Positions 7,834-16,754 of a stretch of DNA of 56,491 nucleotides are shown in pieces. The notes below the pieces were generated by a model. That model was not told where the DNA came from. It did not search any database and was given only the letters and a program-made list of their open reading frames with translations. The stretch is from assembly GCA_045588715.1 (NCBI GenBank), contig JAZNEQ010000151.1:1-56491 (forward strand), written 5' to 3'. The DNA comes from Eubacteriales bacterium. GTDB lineage: Bacteria > Bacillota > Clostridia > Oscillospirales > CAG-272. A program made the position numbers and the translations under genes. Position 1 is the stretch's first letter. Every line of letters begins with the position of its first letter.

Positions 7834-9141
7834 ATGACGAAGAGAAAAAATACAGCTTCGTCTTCCCATGTGTTTTCACCTCCGGAATTTACCAAAGAAA
7901 TGAAGTCCACGCACAAGATCTTAGCTCCCGATATTTTTCCTGTGCATATGGAGCTGATCAAGCTGATCTTCCGTATGTACGGCTATGATCTTGAGATTTT
8001 GAAGAGCCGCGGAAAAAAGGTAGTTGACAAGGGGTTGGAATTTATTCATAACGACATGTGTTACCCTGCGATCTGTATCAGCGGCCAACAGCTTTATGCC
8101 CTGACAAGCGGGGAATACGATCCGCACAAATGTGCGCTGATCCAGTTTCAAACCGGTGGCGGTTGCCGCGCATCCAACTACATCTGGTTGCTCAGAAAAG
8201 CACTTCACAATATGGGAATGGATTACGTTCCCGTTATTTCCTTAAGCTTTACGGGAATGGAGAAGGCAAGCGGATTTAAGATCACCCCCATGATGATTGC
8301 AAAGGCGATGGTAGCGATCATTTACGGAGATATGCTGATGCTGTTGCGCAATCAAGTGCGACCGTATGAAGTCAATGCGGGAGACTCTCAAAGAGTGATC
8401 GATCATTGGTATGCCGAATTGGCAGAACAATTCAAACACAATAAGGGGCTGTTTGGGAAGGCGTTGCGTAAAAATCTGCGCGCCATTGCCAAGGATTTTC
8501 ACGATATCCCGAAAAGGAATGAAAAAAAGACACGGGTCGGCATCGTTGGAGAGATCTACGTAAAATATTCCCCCTTTGGAAACAATGGCCTTGAAGAATT
8601 TTTAGACACGCAGGGGTGTGAATATATGGTCCCGGGTGTGCTTGGCTTTTTCCAATTTATGTTTGATAACAAGCAAACTGACTATCGCTTGTACGGTAAA
8701 AGCTTTAAAGCTGCGTTTGTTTCAAAAGGTGGGAGTGCCCTGACCGATCGGATCGAACGTATTTTTGTGGAGGTGCTTAGCGAATTCCCGGAATTTGTTA
8801 CGCCTACCTCCTTTAAAAATATACGCGCGTTGGGCGACAAGATCATTGGGCGCGGTGTAAAAATGGGCGAGGGATGGCTTTTGCCCGCAGAGGTGGCAGA
8901 GCTGATCGAAAAAGGATATAGCAACGTTATTTGTGCACAGCCCTTTGGCTGCCTTCCTAACCACGTGGTGGGAAAGGGGACGATCCGCACCTTGCGTGAG
9001 ATGTATCCAAATGCGAATATTTGTCCCATCGATTATGATGCGGGCGCTTCTCACGTCAATCAAGAAAACCGTATTAAGCTGATGCTGGCATTGGCAAGGG
9101 ACGGGGAATCCTCCAAAACCGAAAGCGGGGTGGCACAATGA
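7834..9141 (+). CDS. 2-hydroxyacyl-CoA dehydratase (HAD/BCR) family subunit-like protein (DUF2229-type); candidate plasmalogen synthase component
   Basis: 435 aa. Conserved Cys contexts are NDMCYPAICISGQ, QTGGGCRASNY and CAQPFGCLPNH. Its stop overlaps the next start (ATGA at 9138-9141). Confidence 0.7.
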   Translation: MTKRKNTASSSHVFSPPEFTKEMKSTHKILAPDIFPVHMELIKLIFRMYGYDLEILKSRGKKVVDKGLEFIHNDMCYPAICISGQQLYALTSGEYDPHKCALIQFQTGGGCRASNYIWLLRKALHNMGMDYVPVISLSFTGMEKASGFKITPMMIAKAMVAIIYGDMLMLLRNQVRPYEVNAGDSQRVIDHWYAELAEQFKHNKGLFGKALRKNLRAIAKDFHDIPKRNEKKTRVGIVGEIYVKYSPFGNNGLEEFLDTQGCEYMVPGVLGFFQFMFDNKQTDYRLYGKSFKAAFVSKGGSALTDRIERIFVEVLSEFPEFVTPTSFKNIRALGDKIIGRGVKMGEGWLLPAEVAELIEKGYSNVICAQPFGCLPNHVVGKGTIRTLREMYPNANICPIDYDAGASHVNQENRIKLMLALARDGESSKTESGVAQ

Positions 9142-12068
9142 AACGGCTCGGGATCGATATTGGCTCCACGACGATCAAATGCGTGTTGTTTGACGAAGCA
9201 GGAGCGTTGGTCTATAAAAGCTATGAGCGGCACAAATCCAAAATCTCTGAGAAAATGGCAGAGGTTTTGCGTACGGTGGATAAGCTCTACCCAAAGGAAA
9301 AGATGCTTCTTTCGGTGTCCGGATCTGCCGGTATGGGGCTTGCTACAGACATGGAGCTGCCCTTTGTGCAAGAGGTTTATGCCACACGCATTGCCGTAAA
9401 GGAACGGTTTCCCAAAACCGATGCGGTGATTGAGCTCGGCGGTGAAGATGCGAAGATCCTCTTTCTTTCAGGAGGAATGGAAATACGAATGAATGGCACG
9501 TGTGCCGGCGGCACAGGTGCGTTTATCGATCAAATGGCGGAATTGATGAACGTTTCCTCCGATGAAATGGATCTGTTGGCGCAAAAGCGTGAAAAAATCT
9601 ATACCATTGCATCGCGTTGCGGTGTGTTTGCAAAATCCGACGTGCAGCCGCTTTTGAATCAAGGAGCGCGCAAGGAGGATATCGCGGGAAGTATTCTTTA
9701 CGCAGTCGTCAACCAAACGGTAGGAGGCTTGGCACAGGGCAGACGCATCGAAGGAAACGTGCTCTATCTGGGTGGTCCCTTGACCTTTTTCGGATGTCTT
9801 CGCGCGGCATTTGACGACGTGCTGGGTATTGTGGGGCAGTGCCCCGAAAATTCTCTTTACTTTGTAGCGATGGGCGCGGCATATTCTTTGGAAGCACGTG
9901 AGGTTGATCTTTGCGGTCTTGCAGAGCGTGTGGAGGGGTATACTTCCTCTCATTCTTATCACGGGTGTGCTCCGCTCTTTTCTTCAAAGGATGCGTTTTA
10001 TAATTTCGTCAAAAGACACGAGGCAGATTCTGCGGGGATCTGTACCTTGCAAGCTCCCGCAAAGGAAATGTACCTTGGAATTGATGCGGGATCTACGACG
10101 GTAAAGGCAGTGCTGTGTGACGGAGAGGGGAATCTTTTTCGCACACTCTACACGCCAAACAGCGGAAATCCTGTACCGCTGATCAAGAAGTATCTTGAGG
10201 AGCTCTATCGCGATTACCCCGATGTTCACATTGTGAGCGCGGCGGCAACAGGATACGGCGAGCAGATCATCAAAAGCGCCTTCCATATTGATTACGGAAT
10301 TGTGGAAACGATCGCGCACTATACGGCAGCAAAGCATTTTTGCCCCGACGTGGATTTTATTTTGGATATTGGGGGGCAAGATATTAAATGTTTCCGGATC
10401 AAAAACGGTGCGATCGATAATATCTTTTTAAATGAAGCATGCTCCTCGGGTTGCGGTTCTTTTCTTCAAACCTTTGCGGCAGTGCTTGGATATTCCGTTA
10501 AGGAGTTTTCACAGCTTGCGCTTTTCGCCGATGCTCCCGTGGATCTTGGCTCAAGATGTACCGTTTTTATGAATAGCTCTGTCAAGCAAGCACAAAAGGA
10601 CGGTGCGAGCATTGAGAATATTTCGGCAGGACTTTCTATCAGTGTTGTAAAAAACGCATTGTACAAGGTGATCCGTTGTGCCGATCCCGCACAGCTTGGA
10701 AAAAAGATCGTTGTGCAAGGGGGAACTTTCCTCAATGATGCCGTGCTCCGCGCTTTTGAAATGGAGACCGGCAGAGAGGTACTTCGTCCCTCGGTCGCCG
10801 GCTTGATGGGGGCCTACGGTGCCGCACTTTACGCCAAGGAAATGTCGCGGGTGGGGCAAAAAAGCAGTATTGTTACCGCTTCCGATCTTGCGAACTTTTC
10901 ACACGACGTTAAAGCGCTTACCTGTAAGGGATGTAACAATCGTTGCCGTTTGACGGTAAATACCTTTTCTACGGGCGAAAAATACATTGCGGGGAATCGG
11001 TGTGAGCGTCCCTTAGAGCGTAAAAGCGAGCTGAAAAGATACGATCTTTATGAAGATAAGCTTGCTTTATTGTCGACTTATAGGAAAAACGAGCGTATCG
11101 AGGGGAGACCGACCGTGGGAATCCCGATGGGCTTGAATATGTATGAGTTACTTCCGTTCTGGCATACGTTTTTTACCAATCTTGGATATAACGTGATCGT
11201 TTCGGGGGACTCCAACCACAAGCTTTATCTCAAGGGACAGCATACCATTCCGTCGGATACTGTGTGTTATCCCGCAAAGCTTATGCATGGTCACGTGGAG
11301 GACCTTATCTCGCGCGGCGTGGATATGATCTTTTATCCCAGTATGACCTACAACGTCGATGAGGGGTTGGGTGTGAATCATTACAACTGTCCTGTGGTTG
11401 CTTACTATCCTGCTTTGCTTAAAGGCAACGTGCAATTCCCCAAGGAGATCCCGTTCGTCAACGGCTTTGTGGGACTCCACGATCCCGGGCTGTTTGTCAA
11501 ATATTTTGTTCGCATGATGGGAGAATACGGAATCGTTCTTAAGTCGGGTGCGGTCAAAAAAGCGGCAGACGTTGCTTACGGTGCCTACCGTTCGTATATG
11601 CAACGGATCAAGGCATTAGGCGATGAATATCTTGAAATCGCCAAGCGTGAGGGGAGGCGCGTGATCGTGCTTTCCGGGCGCCCTTATCACGTGGATCCCG
11701 AGATCAATCACGGCATTCACCGCTTGATTACCGACATGGGGGCTATCGTTGTGACCGAGGACTCCGTCGCATATCGCGAGGGAGCGATCAAAACCACTGT
11801 GCTGAATCAATGGACCTATCATTCGCGCTTATACAGTGCAGCGGGTTACGTTGCAAAATGCAAGGATCTTAAAATTGACTTGGTGCAGCTTGTTTCCTTT
11901 GGTTGCGGAGTTGATGCTGTGACAACAGATGAGACGCGCGCGATTATTGAAAGCGCGGGAAAGCTTTATACCCAGATCAAGATCGATGAAATCACCAATT
12001 TAGGAGCGGTTAAAATTCGTCTGCGCAGTCTTTTTGCTGTGCTGGACAAGGAAAAAGGAAGGAATTAA
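9138..12068 (+). CDS. BcrAD/BadFG-type double ATPase (activase) fused to a HAD-like domain; candidate plasmalogen synthase component
   Basis: 976 aa. It has two acetate/sugar-kinase-fold ATPase modules (GIDIGSTTIK...NGTCAGGTGAFIDQ and GIDAGSTTVK...NEACSSGCGSFLQ). A CKGCNNRC...GNRCERP cluster follows. The C-terminal HAD-like half carries DTVCYPAKL, YNCPVVAYYP and VSFGCGVDA. Confidence 0.75.
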   Translation: MKRLGIDIGSTTIKCVLFDEAGALVYKSYERHKSKISEKMAEVLRTVDKLYPKEKMLLSVSGSAGMGLATDMELPFVQEVYATRIAVKERFPKTDAVIELGGEDAKILFLSGGMEIRMNGTCAGGTGAFIDQMAELMNVSSDEMDLLAQKREKIYTIASRCGVFAKSDVQPLLNQGARKEDIAGSILYAVVNQTVGGLAQGRRIEGNVLYLGGPLTFFGCLRAAFDDVLGIVGQCPENSLYFVAMGAAYSLEAREVDLCGLAERVEGYTSSHSYHGCAPLFSSKDAFYNFVKRHEADSAGICTLQAPAKEMYLGIDAGSTTVKAVLCDGEGNLFRTLYTPNSGNPVPLIKKYLEELYRDYPDVHIVSAAATGYGEQIIKSAFHIDYGIVETIAHYTAAKHFCPDVDFILDIGGQDIKCFRIKNGAIDNIFLNEACSSGCGSFLQTFAAVLGYSVKEFSQLALFADAPVDLGSRCTVFMNSSVKQAQKDGASIENISAGLSISVVKNALYKVIRCADPAQLGKKIVVQGGTFLNDAVLRAFEMETGREVLRPSVAGLMGAYGAALYAKEMSRVGQKSSIVTASDLANFSHDVKALTCKGCNNRCRLTVNTFSTGEKYIAGNRCERPLERKSELKRYDLYEDKLALLSTYRKNERIEGRPTVGIPMGLNMYELLPFWHTFFTNLGYNVIVSGDSNHKLYLKGQHTIPSDTVCYPAKLMHGHVEDLISRGVDMIFYPSMTYNVDEGLGVNHYNCPVVAYYPALLKGNVQFPKEIPFVNGFVGLHDPGLFVKYFVRMMGEYGIVLKSGAVKKAADVAYGAYRSYMQRIKALGDEYLEIAKREGRRVIVLSGRPYHVDPEINHGIHRLITDMGAIVVTEDSVAYREGAIKTTVLNQWTYHSRLYSAAGYVAKCKDLKIDLVQLVSFGCGVDAVTTDETRAIIESAGKLYTQIKIDEITNLGAVKIRLRSLFAVLDKEKGRN

Positions 12069-12070
12069 CT

Positions 12071-12709
12071 ATGTCAACAGAATTTATTGTACTCTCTGTG
12101 ATCGCAGCACTGACCGCATATCTCTTGGGAGGAATCAACGGTGCGATGATTCTTTCCAGGCTGGTTTATCACGAAGACATAAGAACAAAAGGAAGTGGGA
12201 ACCCCGGCTTTACCAATTTTAAGCGTGTGCACGGTTTTTGTCCCGCAACTTTTGCAGCAATGGCAATCGACATTTTAAAAACCGTTATTCCTGTACTTAC
12301 CTACATGCTTCTGTTTGGACATTTCTTTGAAAATGGGCAGTTTGGTGCCGTTTTCACGCTTTTGTTCTGTATGCTGGGGCATTGCTTCCCGGTTTGGTAC
12401 AAATTCAAGGGTGGCAAGGCGGTGCTGGCTTACCTTTCAGGAATTTGGTTTGTAGACTGGAAAATGGGTCTTATCTGTTTTGGGATTTTTGTCGTCATTC
12501 TTTTGACGATCAAATACATGTCCCTGGCATCTATGACCTTTGCTTTTACAAGCCCGATCGTCCTATTCCTTTTGGGATGCAGGGATTGGTTGGTTCTTGT
12601 GACTGCCGCCATTCTCTCTATTCTCGTTATCGCTCGCCATCATCAAAATATCGTTCGCCTTTGCAAGGGAACGGAATCAAAGTTTACCCTCAAAAGTAAA
12701 AAGGCATAA
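12071..12709 (+). CDS. plsY: Acyl-phosphate:glycerol-3-phosphate acyltransferase PlsY
   Basis: The 212-aa membrane protein carries the motif TKGSGNPGFTNFKRVHG and starts 2 nt after the previous stop. Confidence 0.88.
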   Translation: MSTEFIVLSVIAALTAYLLGGINGAMILSRLVYHEDIRTKGSGNPGFTNFKRVHGFCPATFAAMAIDILKTVIPVLTYMLLFGHFFENGQFGAVFTLLFCMLGHCFPVWYKFKGGKAVLAYLSGIWFVDWKMGLICFGIFVVILLTIKYMSLASMTFAFTSPIVLFLLGCRDWLVLVTAAILSILVIARHHQNIVRLCKGTESKFTLKSKKA

Positions 12710-12747
12710 AAAAATCGGCGCTTGTTTTTGCAAGCGCCGATTTTTTT
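12708..12747. terminator. Bidirectional terminator (end of lipid operon and of the convergent MBL gene)
   Basis: ATCGGCGCTTG (12714-12724) pairs with CAAGCGCCGAT (12731-12741), flanked by A7 and T7. Confidence 0.8.
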
Positions 12748-12753
12748 ATCTCA

Positions 12754-13437
12754 TCAGAGATCGATCTCCTCGTAGATCCTTGGGGTGACCTTTGCGGGAT
12801 GAACAAATTTTTCGTCTGTGAGCGAATCAAACATTCCAATGTGGTAAGGAACGGCATATTTGGCTCCTGTGCGGAGGGCAAAGCGCGAGGCATCTGCCAT
12901 GTTCATATTGTTGCCCTTGCCGTTGCAGGGAAGAAAGATCGCGTGCAGCTCCTTTTTGGGAAGGGAAGCGAGTACACGTTCGCTATACAGCGTATCTCCC
13001 GTAACGTAATAGCTTTTTCCCTCTGCCGACAGGATCACGCCAATGGCGTAAGGGTCGGAGTGCTCTGCGGCTACCGCGTGGATACGTACGTTTCCCTCGG
13101 TCCACTTCGTTCCTGCATTGAATAGAATATAGTTGCATTTTGTATTGGGATAGGTTTTGCGCAGGTCGGCATATCCTCCCGTGGGGCAAAAGACCAGTGC
13201 CTTCGACTCCTCTGTCAAATAGTGCTTTAAGGTTTCGTGATCCAAATGATCCAAGTGGTTGTGCGTGATCACGATCATATCGGGGGAGATCTTTAAAAAA
13301 CGCTCATCTACAGGAACGCGCCGTGCGTTTTGCGGTTCAAAATTTTTAACGTTGTCCGAAAGGTAGGGGTCGATTACGATTTTTTTGCCGTCCGTTTCAA
13401 ACAAAAGTCCGGCTTGCCCTAAGTAAGTGATCTTCAT
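12754..13437 (-). CDS. MBL-fold metallo-hydrolase
   Basis: 227 aa with the HxHxDH motif ITHNHLDHLDH. Confidence 0.75.
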   Translation of the reverse strand: MKITYLGQAGLLFETDGKKIVIDPYLSDNVKNFEPQNARRVPVDERFLKISPDMIVITHNHLDHLDHETLKHYLTEESKALVFCPTGGYADLRKTYPNTKCNYILFNAGTKWTEGNVRIHAVAAEHSDPYAIGVILSAEGKSYYVTGDTLYSERVLASLPKKELHAIFLPCNGKGNNMNMADASRFALRTGAKYAVPYHIGMFDSLTDEKFVHPAKVTPRIYEEIDL

Positions 13438-13440
13438 TGT

Positions 13441-14247
13441 TTACTCCTTTTCGTAGGTCGTGTTCCGATAGGGGGTTCCGATAAATGCAACTTGACGAAA
13501 ATCTTCAAAGTTGTGGCGAATGACGTAATCAATGTATGCGGCAACCAATTTTGCGGTGTAGATATAACCGATGGGGCTCATATGACCGCCAAGAAAAAAG
13601 GTGTCGCGGAATTCTTGGTCGTAATCGGGGGCATATTTGCGAAGGTCCAAAACGTAACAGTTGGAAAAAAGGTCGGCGAGCTGATAAAAAAGATCGGCTT
13701 GTCGGTCGGTCTGCGCGCACTTGAATTTTGCATCGTCGGCGGTCTCATAGGGCATGGTCATTAAAAAGAACTTTGCGTCGGGTTGGATCTCCTTATAGCG
13801 TTGGATGATCTTTGCGTAGTGCCCCGCATAGGTGTCTTTGTTTAGTCTCCAGTCCGCTACACATACGTCCTCAATGCTTCCCACCTCACCGCGACGGCAG
13901 ATCAGGTCGTTTACACCCAAGGCGATAATGTAGCACTGTGCGGCGTATTCTCGGTTCCAATAGCCGTGCGCGTCGGCAAAGCGGTCACAATATTCCTTTG
14001 CGGTCATGCCCCCGCATGAAAAATTGTAAACGCGACTTGCGCACATGCGTCCCAAATACTGTCCCCAGGAATATTCGTAAAAATCATGAAAGCCCTTGCC
14101 GCCATCGGGCTTTGTGCTTTCCATTTCTCCGGAGGAAAGGCTGTCACCTACACATGCAATGGTACGGAAAATGCCACAGTAACCACCGTCGAAGGGGATG
14201 TTGTCAAGTGGCTTTTCATTGGGATCAGGACATAAAAAACGATTCAT
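13441..14247 (-). CDS. SGNH/GDSL-type hydrolase
   Basis: I take the start at 14247 (MNRFLCPD..., GGAGA plus 6 nt). Block I reads ACVGDSLSSGE. Confidence 0.7.
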   Translation of the reverse strand: MNRFLCPDPNEKPLDNIPFDGGYCGIFRTIACVGDSLSSGEMESTKPDGGKGFHDFYEYSWGQYLGRMCASRVYNFSCGGMTAKEYCDRFADAHGYWNREYAAQCYIIALGVNDLICRRGEVGSIEDVCVADWRLNKDTYAGHYAKIIQRYKEIQPDAKFFLMTMPYETADDAKFKCAQTDRQADLFYQLADLFSNCYVLDLRKYAPDYDQEFRDTFFLGGHMSPIGYIYTAKLVAAYIDYVIRHNFEDFRQVAFIGTPYRNTTYEKE

Positions 14248-14367
14248 AGTTGTCTCCTTGAAAGAAATAGATGCAGGCGAGCACATGGGTGCCACCTGCA
14301 TTTATTTTACCATATATCGGTGGATTTGTCGATAGAAAAATGAAAAAAACAGGGGCGCTTTACGTTT

Positions 14368-15675
14368 TTAAGTCTCGTATCTTTTCATAAACTCGTCCAT
14401 TTTTACAAGCTTGCCGCCTGCAAGTCTGGATTCCTCCGCAGCAAAGGCGATCATATGATTGTCGCAGGATTCGCGGATCGAGCATACTGATTTGTTGGAA
14501 ATTCCGTGGATAAGATCCCTGAGTGAGGCAATAATGCCCTGGTCTCCGCCGCCGTGACCGCTGACGATAGTGTCTCCTGCCAGAGTGCTGTTACAGTCGT
14601 GCTCGCGCAGTGCACCCGTTTCAAGATTGTAAACGGTGATCTTATTGTTTTCAGCAAAGGCCTCGATCTCACCTTTCGTTCCCATAATGCGCATTCTTCT
14701 GCCTCCGAGATTGAAGGCACTCATGGTAAAGCTGACGAATACGTCGTCGGCAAACTGTAAATTCACAATCTGATGGTCAACGACGTCATTGTCGCACTTG
14801 TAAACGCATTTTCCGTATTCTGTGGTGCGAAGTACCTTTTCCACGTCAGCGTCGGTAGGATCGGTGAGCTTAGTGGCAGCGGTACGGTGCCATCTGCCGC
14901 GGCCTGTGTCGTTGGATTCCTCCAGGTAAAGCTTGACGGAATTGTAAGGGCAGGTATTTGCATGAGGACAGCCGTCGATGCAACGTGCAGGGGTGCCCTC
15001 GGGAGCATTTTCTTTGGTAAAGTAGGAAAGAGAACCAAAGCTTTGCACGGCGATACACGGCTTCCCGATCAGCCATGCGAGAATATCCATATCGTGGCAA
15101 GATTTTTGCAAAAGCATAAAGGAACTGCGTGTGCTGTTGCCCCAGTTTCCTCTGACAAAGCTGTGACTTTGATGGATATTTCCAACGCCTTCGATATGTT
15201 GAATATTCATGATCTTACCAATTTCGCCCGAATCGATAATGCTTTTGATCGCACGGTAGAAATTGGTATAGCGAAGCACATGACAGATCAAAACGAAGAC
15301 ACCCTTTTTCTCTGCGGCCTTTTCAATGGCGCGACATTCCTCGGCGGTAGGGGCGGCGGGCTTTTCCAGAAGTAGATCGTAGCCCTTTTCGATTGCCGCC
15401 ATTGCGGGGGCAAAATGCCCGCGATCCATCGTAGCGATCAGTGCGACGTCTGCCATTTTCGGGAGGGTGAGAAGCGGCTCCCAGGTTGTAAAACAGAATT
15501 CGTCGGGGATATTGTGCTTGCTTTTTACGTAATTTCTTCGATCGTCGATGGGCTCGGCAACGGCGACGACCTCAAAATCATCGGAAAACTGATTTGCCAT
15601 AATGTTGGTGTATCCCATGCCACGGCCGCCCGCACCGATGAGAATGACCTTTTTCTTAACCTTGGAAGTGCTCAT
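14368..15675 (-). CDS. Gfo/Idh/MocA family oxidoreductase (long form with Cys-rich insert)
   Basis: N-terminal Rossmann motif KVILIGAGGRGMGY. The insert reads CIDGCPHANTCPY...GKCVYKC. Confidence 0.75.
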   Translation of the reverse strand: MSTSKVKKKVILIGAGGRGMGYTNIMANQFSDDFEVVAVAEPIDDRRNYVKSKHNIPDEFCFTTWEPLLTLPKMADVALIATMDRGHFAPAMAAIEKGYDLLLEKPAAPTAEECRAIEKAAEKKGVFVLICHVLRYTNFYRAIKSIIDSGEIGKIMNIQHIEGVGNIHQSHSFVRGNWGNSTRSSFMLLQKSCHDMDILAWLIGKPCIAVQSFGSLSYFTKENAPEGTPARCIDGCPHANTCPYNSVKLYLEESNDTGRGRWHRTAATKLTDPTDADVEKVLRTTEYGKCVYKCDNDVVDHQIVNLQFADDVFVSFTMSAFNLGGRRMRIMGTKGEIEAFAENNKITVYNLETGALREHDCNSTLAGDTIVSGHGGGDQGIIASLRDLIHGISNKSVCSIRESCDNHMIAFAAEESRLAGGKLVKMDEFMKRYET

Positions 15676-15722
15676 TTTTGTTCCTCCATACCCTTATTTT
15701 TTGGCAATTGTCCGGTTCACGG

Positions 15723-15751
15723 TTGACAACCTTACGTAAAAATGATACAAT
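15723..15751 (+). promoter_or_regulatory. Sigma-A type promoter for the AraC regulator at 15824
   Basis: TTGACA (15723-15728), a 17-nt spacer, then TGATACAAT (hexamer 15746-15751). Confidence 0.55.
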
Positions 15752-15823
15752 ATAGACGTTGAAAATGCAATTGACTATTTTTTTAAAAAGATGGATTATT
15801 TTATCACAGCCAAAGGAGCGGAA

Positions 15824-16690
15824 ATGAAGAGCACCAGCTTTTGTACCTATCAGGATATCACGAGCAACAACTTAAATCACTGTAGCTGCGAATCTGTCGA
15901 AAGGAGTTTAATGGTCAACTGCGCGGGAAGATTTGTAACGCAAACACCGTTTACCACCTACAACAAAGAGGGAAGACTGGACTATTATTTGATGTACGTT
16001 TTATCGGGAAGTCTTTTGGTTCCTATCAATGGCAGTGAGGTGGTGGCAAATAGCGGGACTGTCATTGTTTATCCTCCGCGCTATCCTTACACCTATACCT
16101 ATACGGGGGGAGAGGAGCTTTCGTACGAATGGGTCCATTTTACGGGAAGTGATGCCAAAAGTGCGCTTGCGCAAAGCGGATTTGAAAAATTGCCAATATT
16201 AAGGACACTCCCTACTCCCAATACGCTCTCCCATCATTTTGGCAACTTGTTTGATGCTTTTTCCGTTCAAGATACGTTTCGTGACCGTGAGCTTTCCGCA
16301 ATTCTTGATCAGCTTTTAATTGCGATCGGTCGCGCCGGAGCGGATGTCGGTGACATAAAAAAGGATCTTTCTCTCTCACTGCGCTATATCATGACCTCCT
16401 ATCCGTCGGATATCCGCATTCCGCAGCTTGCTGCGATGGAGCACATGAGTGTACCACGCTACAATGCACGCTTTAAGGCTTTGGTGGGGATGTCTCCTAC
16501 CAAATATATTCTCTCACTCCGTATGACCGCGGCGTGCGATCTTTTGTCGCATACCGATCTCTCCGTCAAGGAGATCGCGGGGCTTTGCGGATATCGTGAT
16601 CCCTACTTCTTCAGCCGTGCCTTTAAGGCATATATCGACATTTCGCCGAAGGGGTACCGTACAAAGAATGAAAATAAAAAGAGAGTGTGA
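15824..16690 (+). CDS. AraC family transcriptional regulator (cupin sensor plus HTH)
   Basis: I prefer the ATG at 15824 (AAAGGAG plus 5 nt) over 15791. The C-terminal dual HTH reads LSVKEIAGLCGYRDPYFFSRAFKAYIDISPKGYR. Confidence 0.8.
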   Translation: MKSTSFCTYQDITSNNLNHCSCESVERSLMVNCAGRFVTQTPFTTYNKEGRLDYYLMYVLSGSLLVPINGSEVVANSGTVIVYPPRYPYTYTYTGGEELSYEWVHFTGSDAKSALAQSGFEKLPILRTLPTPNTLSHHFGNLFDAFSVQDTFRDRELSAILDQLLIAIGRAGADVGDIKKDLSLSLRYIMTSYPSDIRIPQLAAMEHMSVPRYNARFKALVGMSPTKYILSLRMTAACDLLSHTDLSVKEIAGLCGYRDPYFFSRAFKAYIDISPKGYRTKNENKKRV

Positions 16691-16754
16691 GTTGTGCACG
16701 CGTCCGCCTTTAACGGAGTTGAGCACGGCTCACTCTCTTTTTATAGGGCACTTT

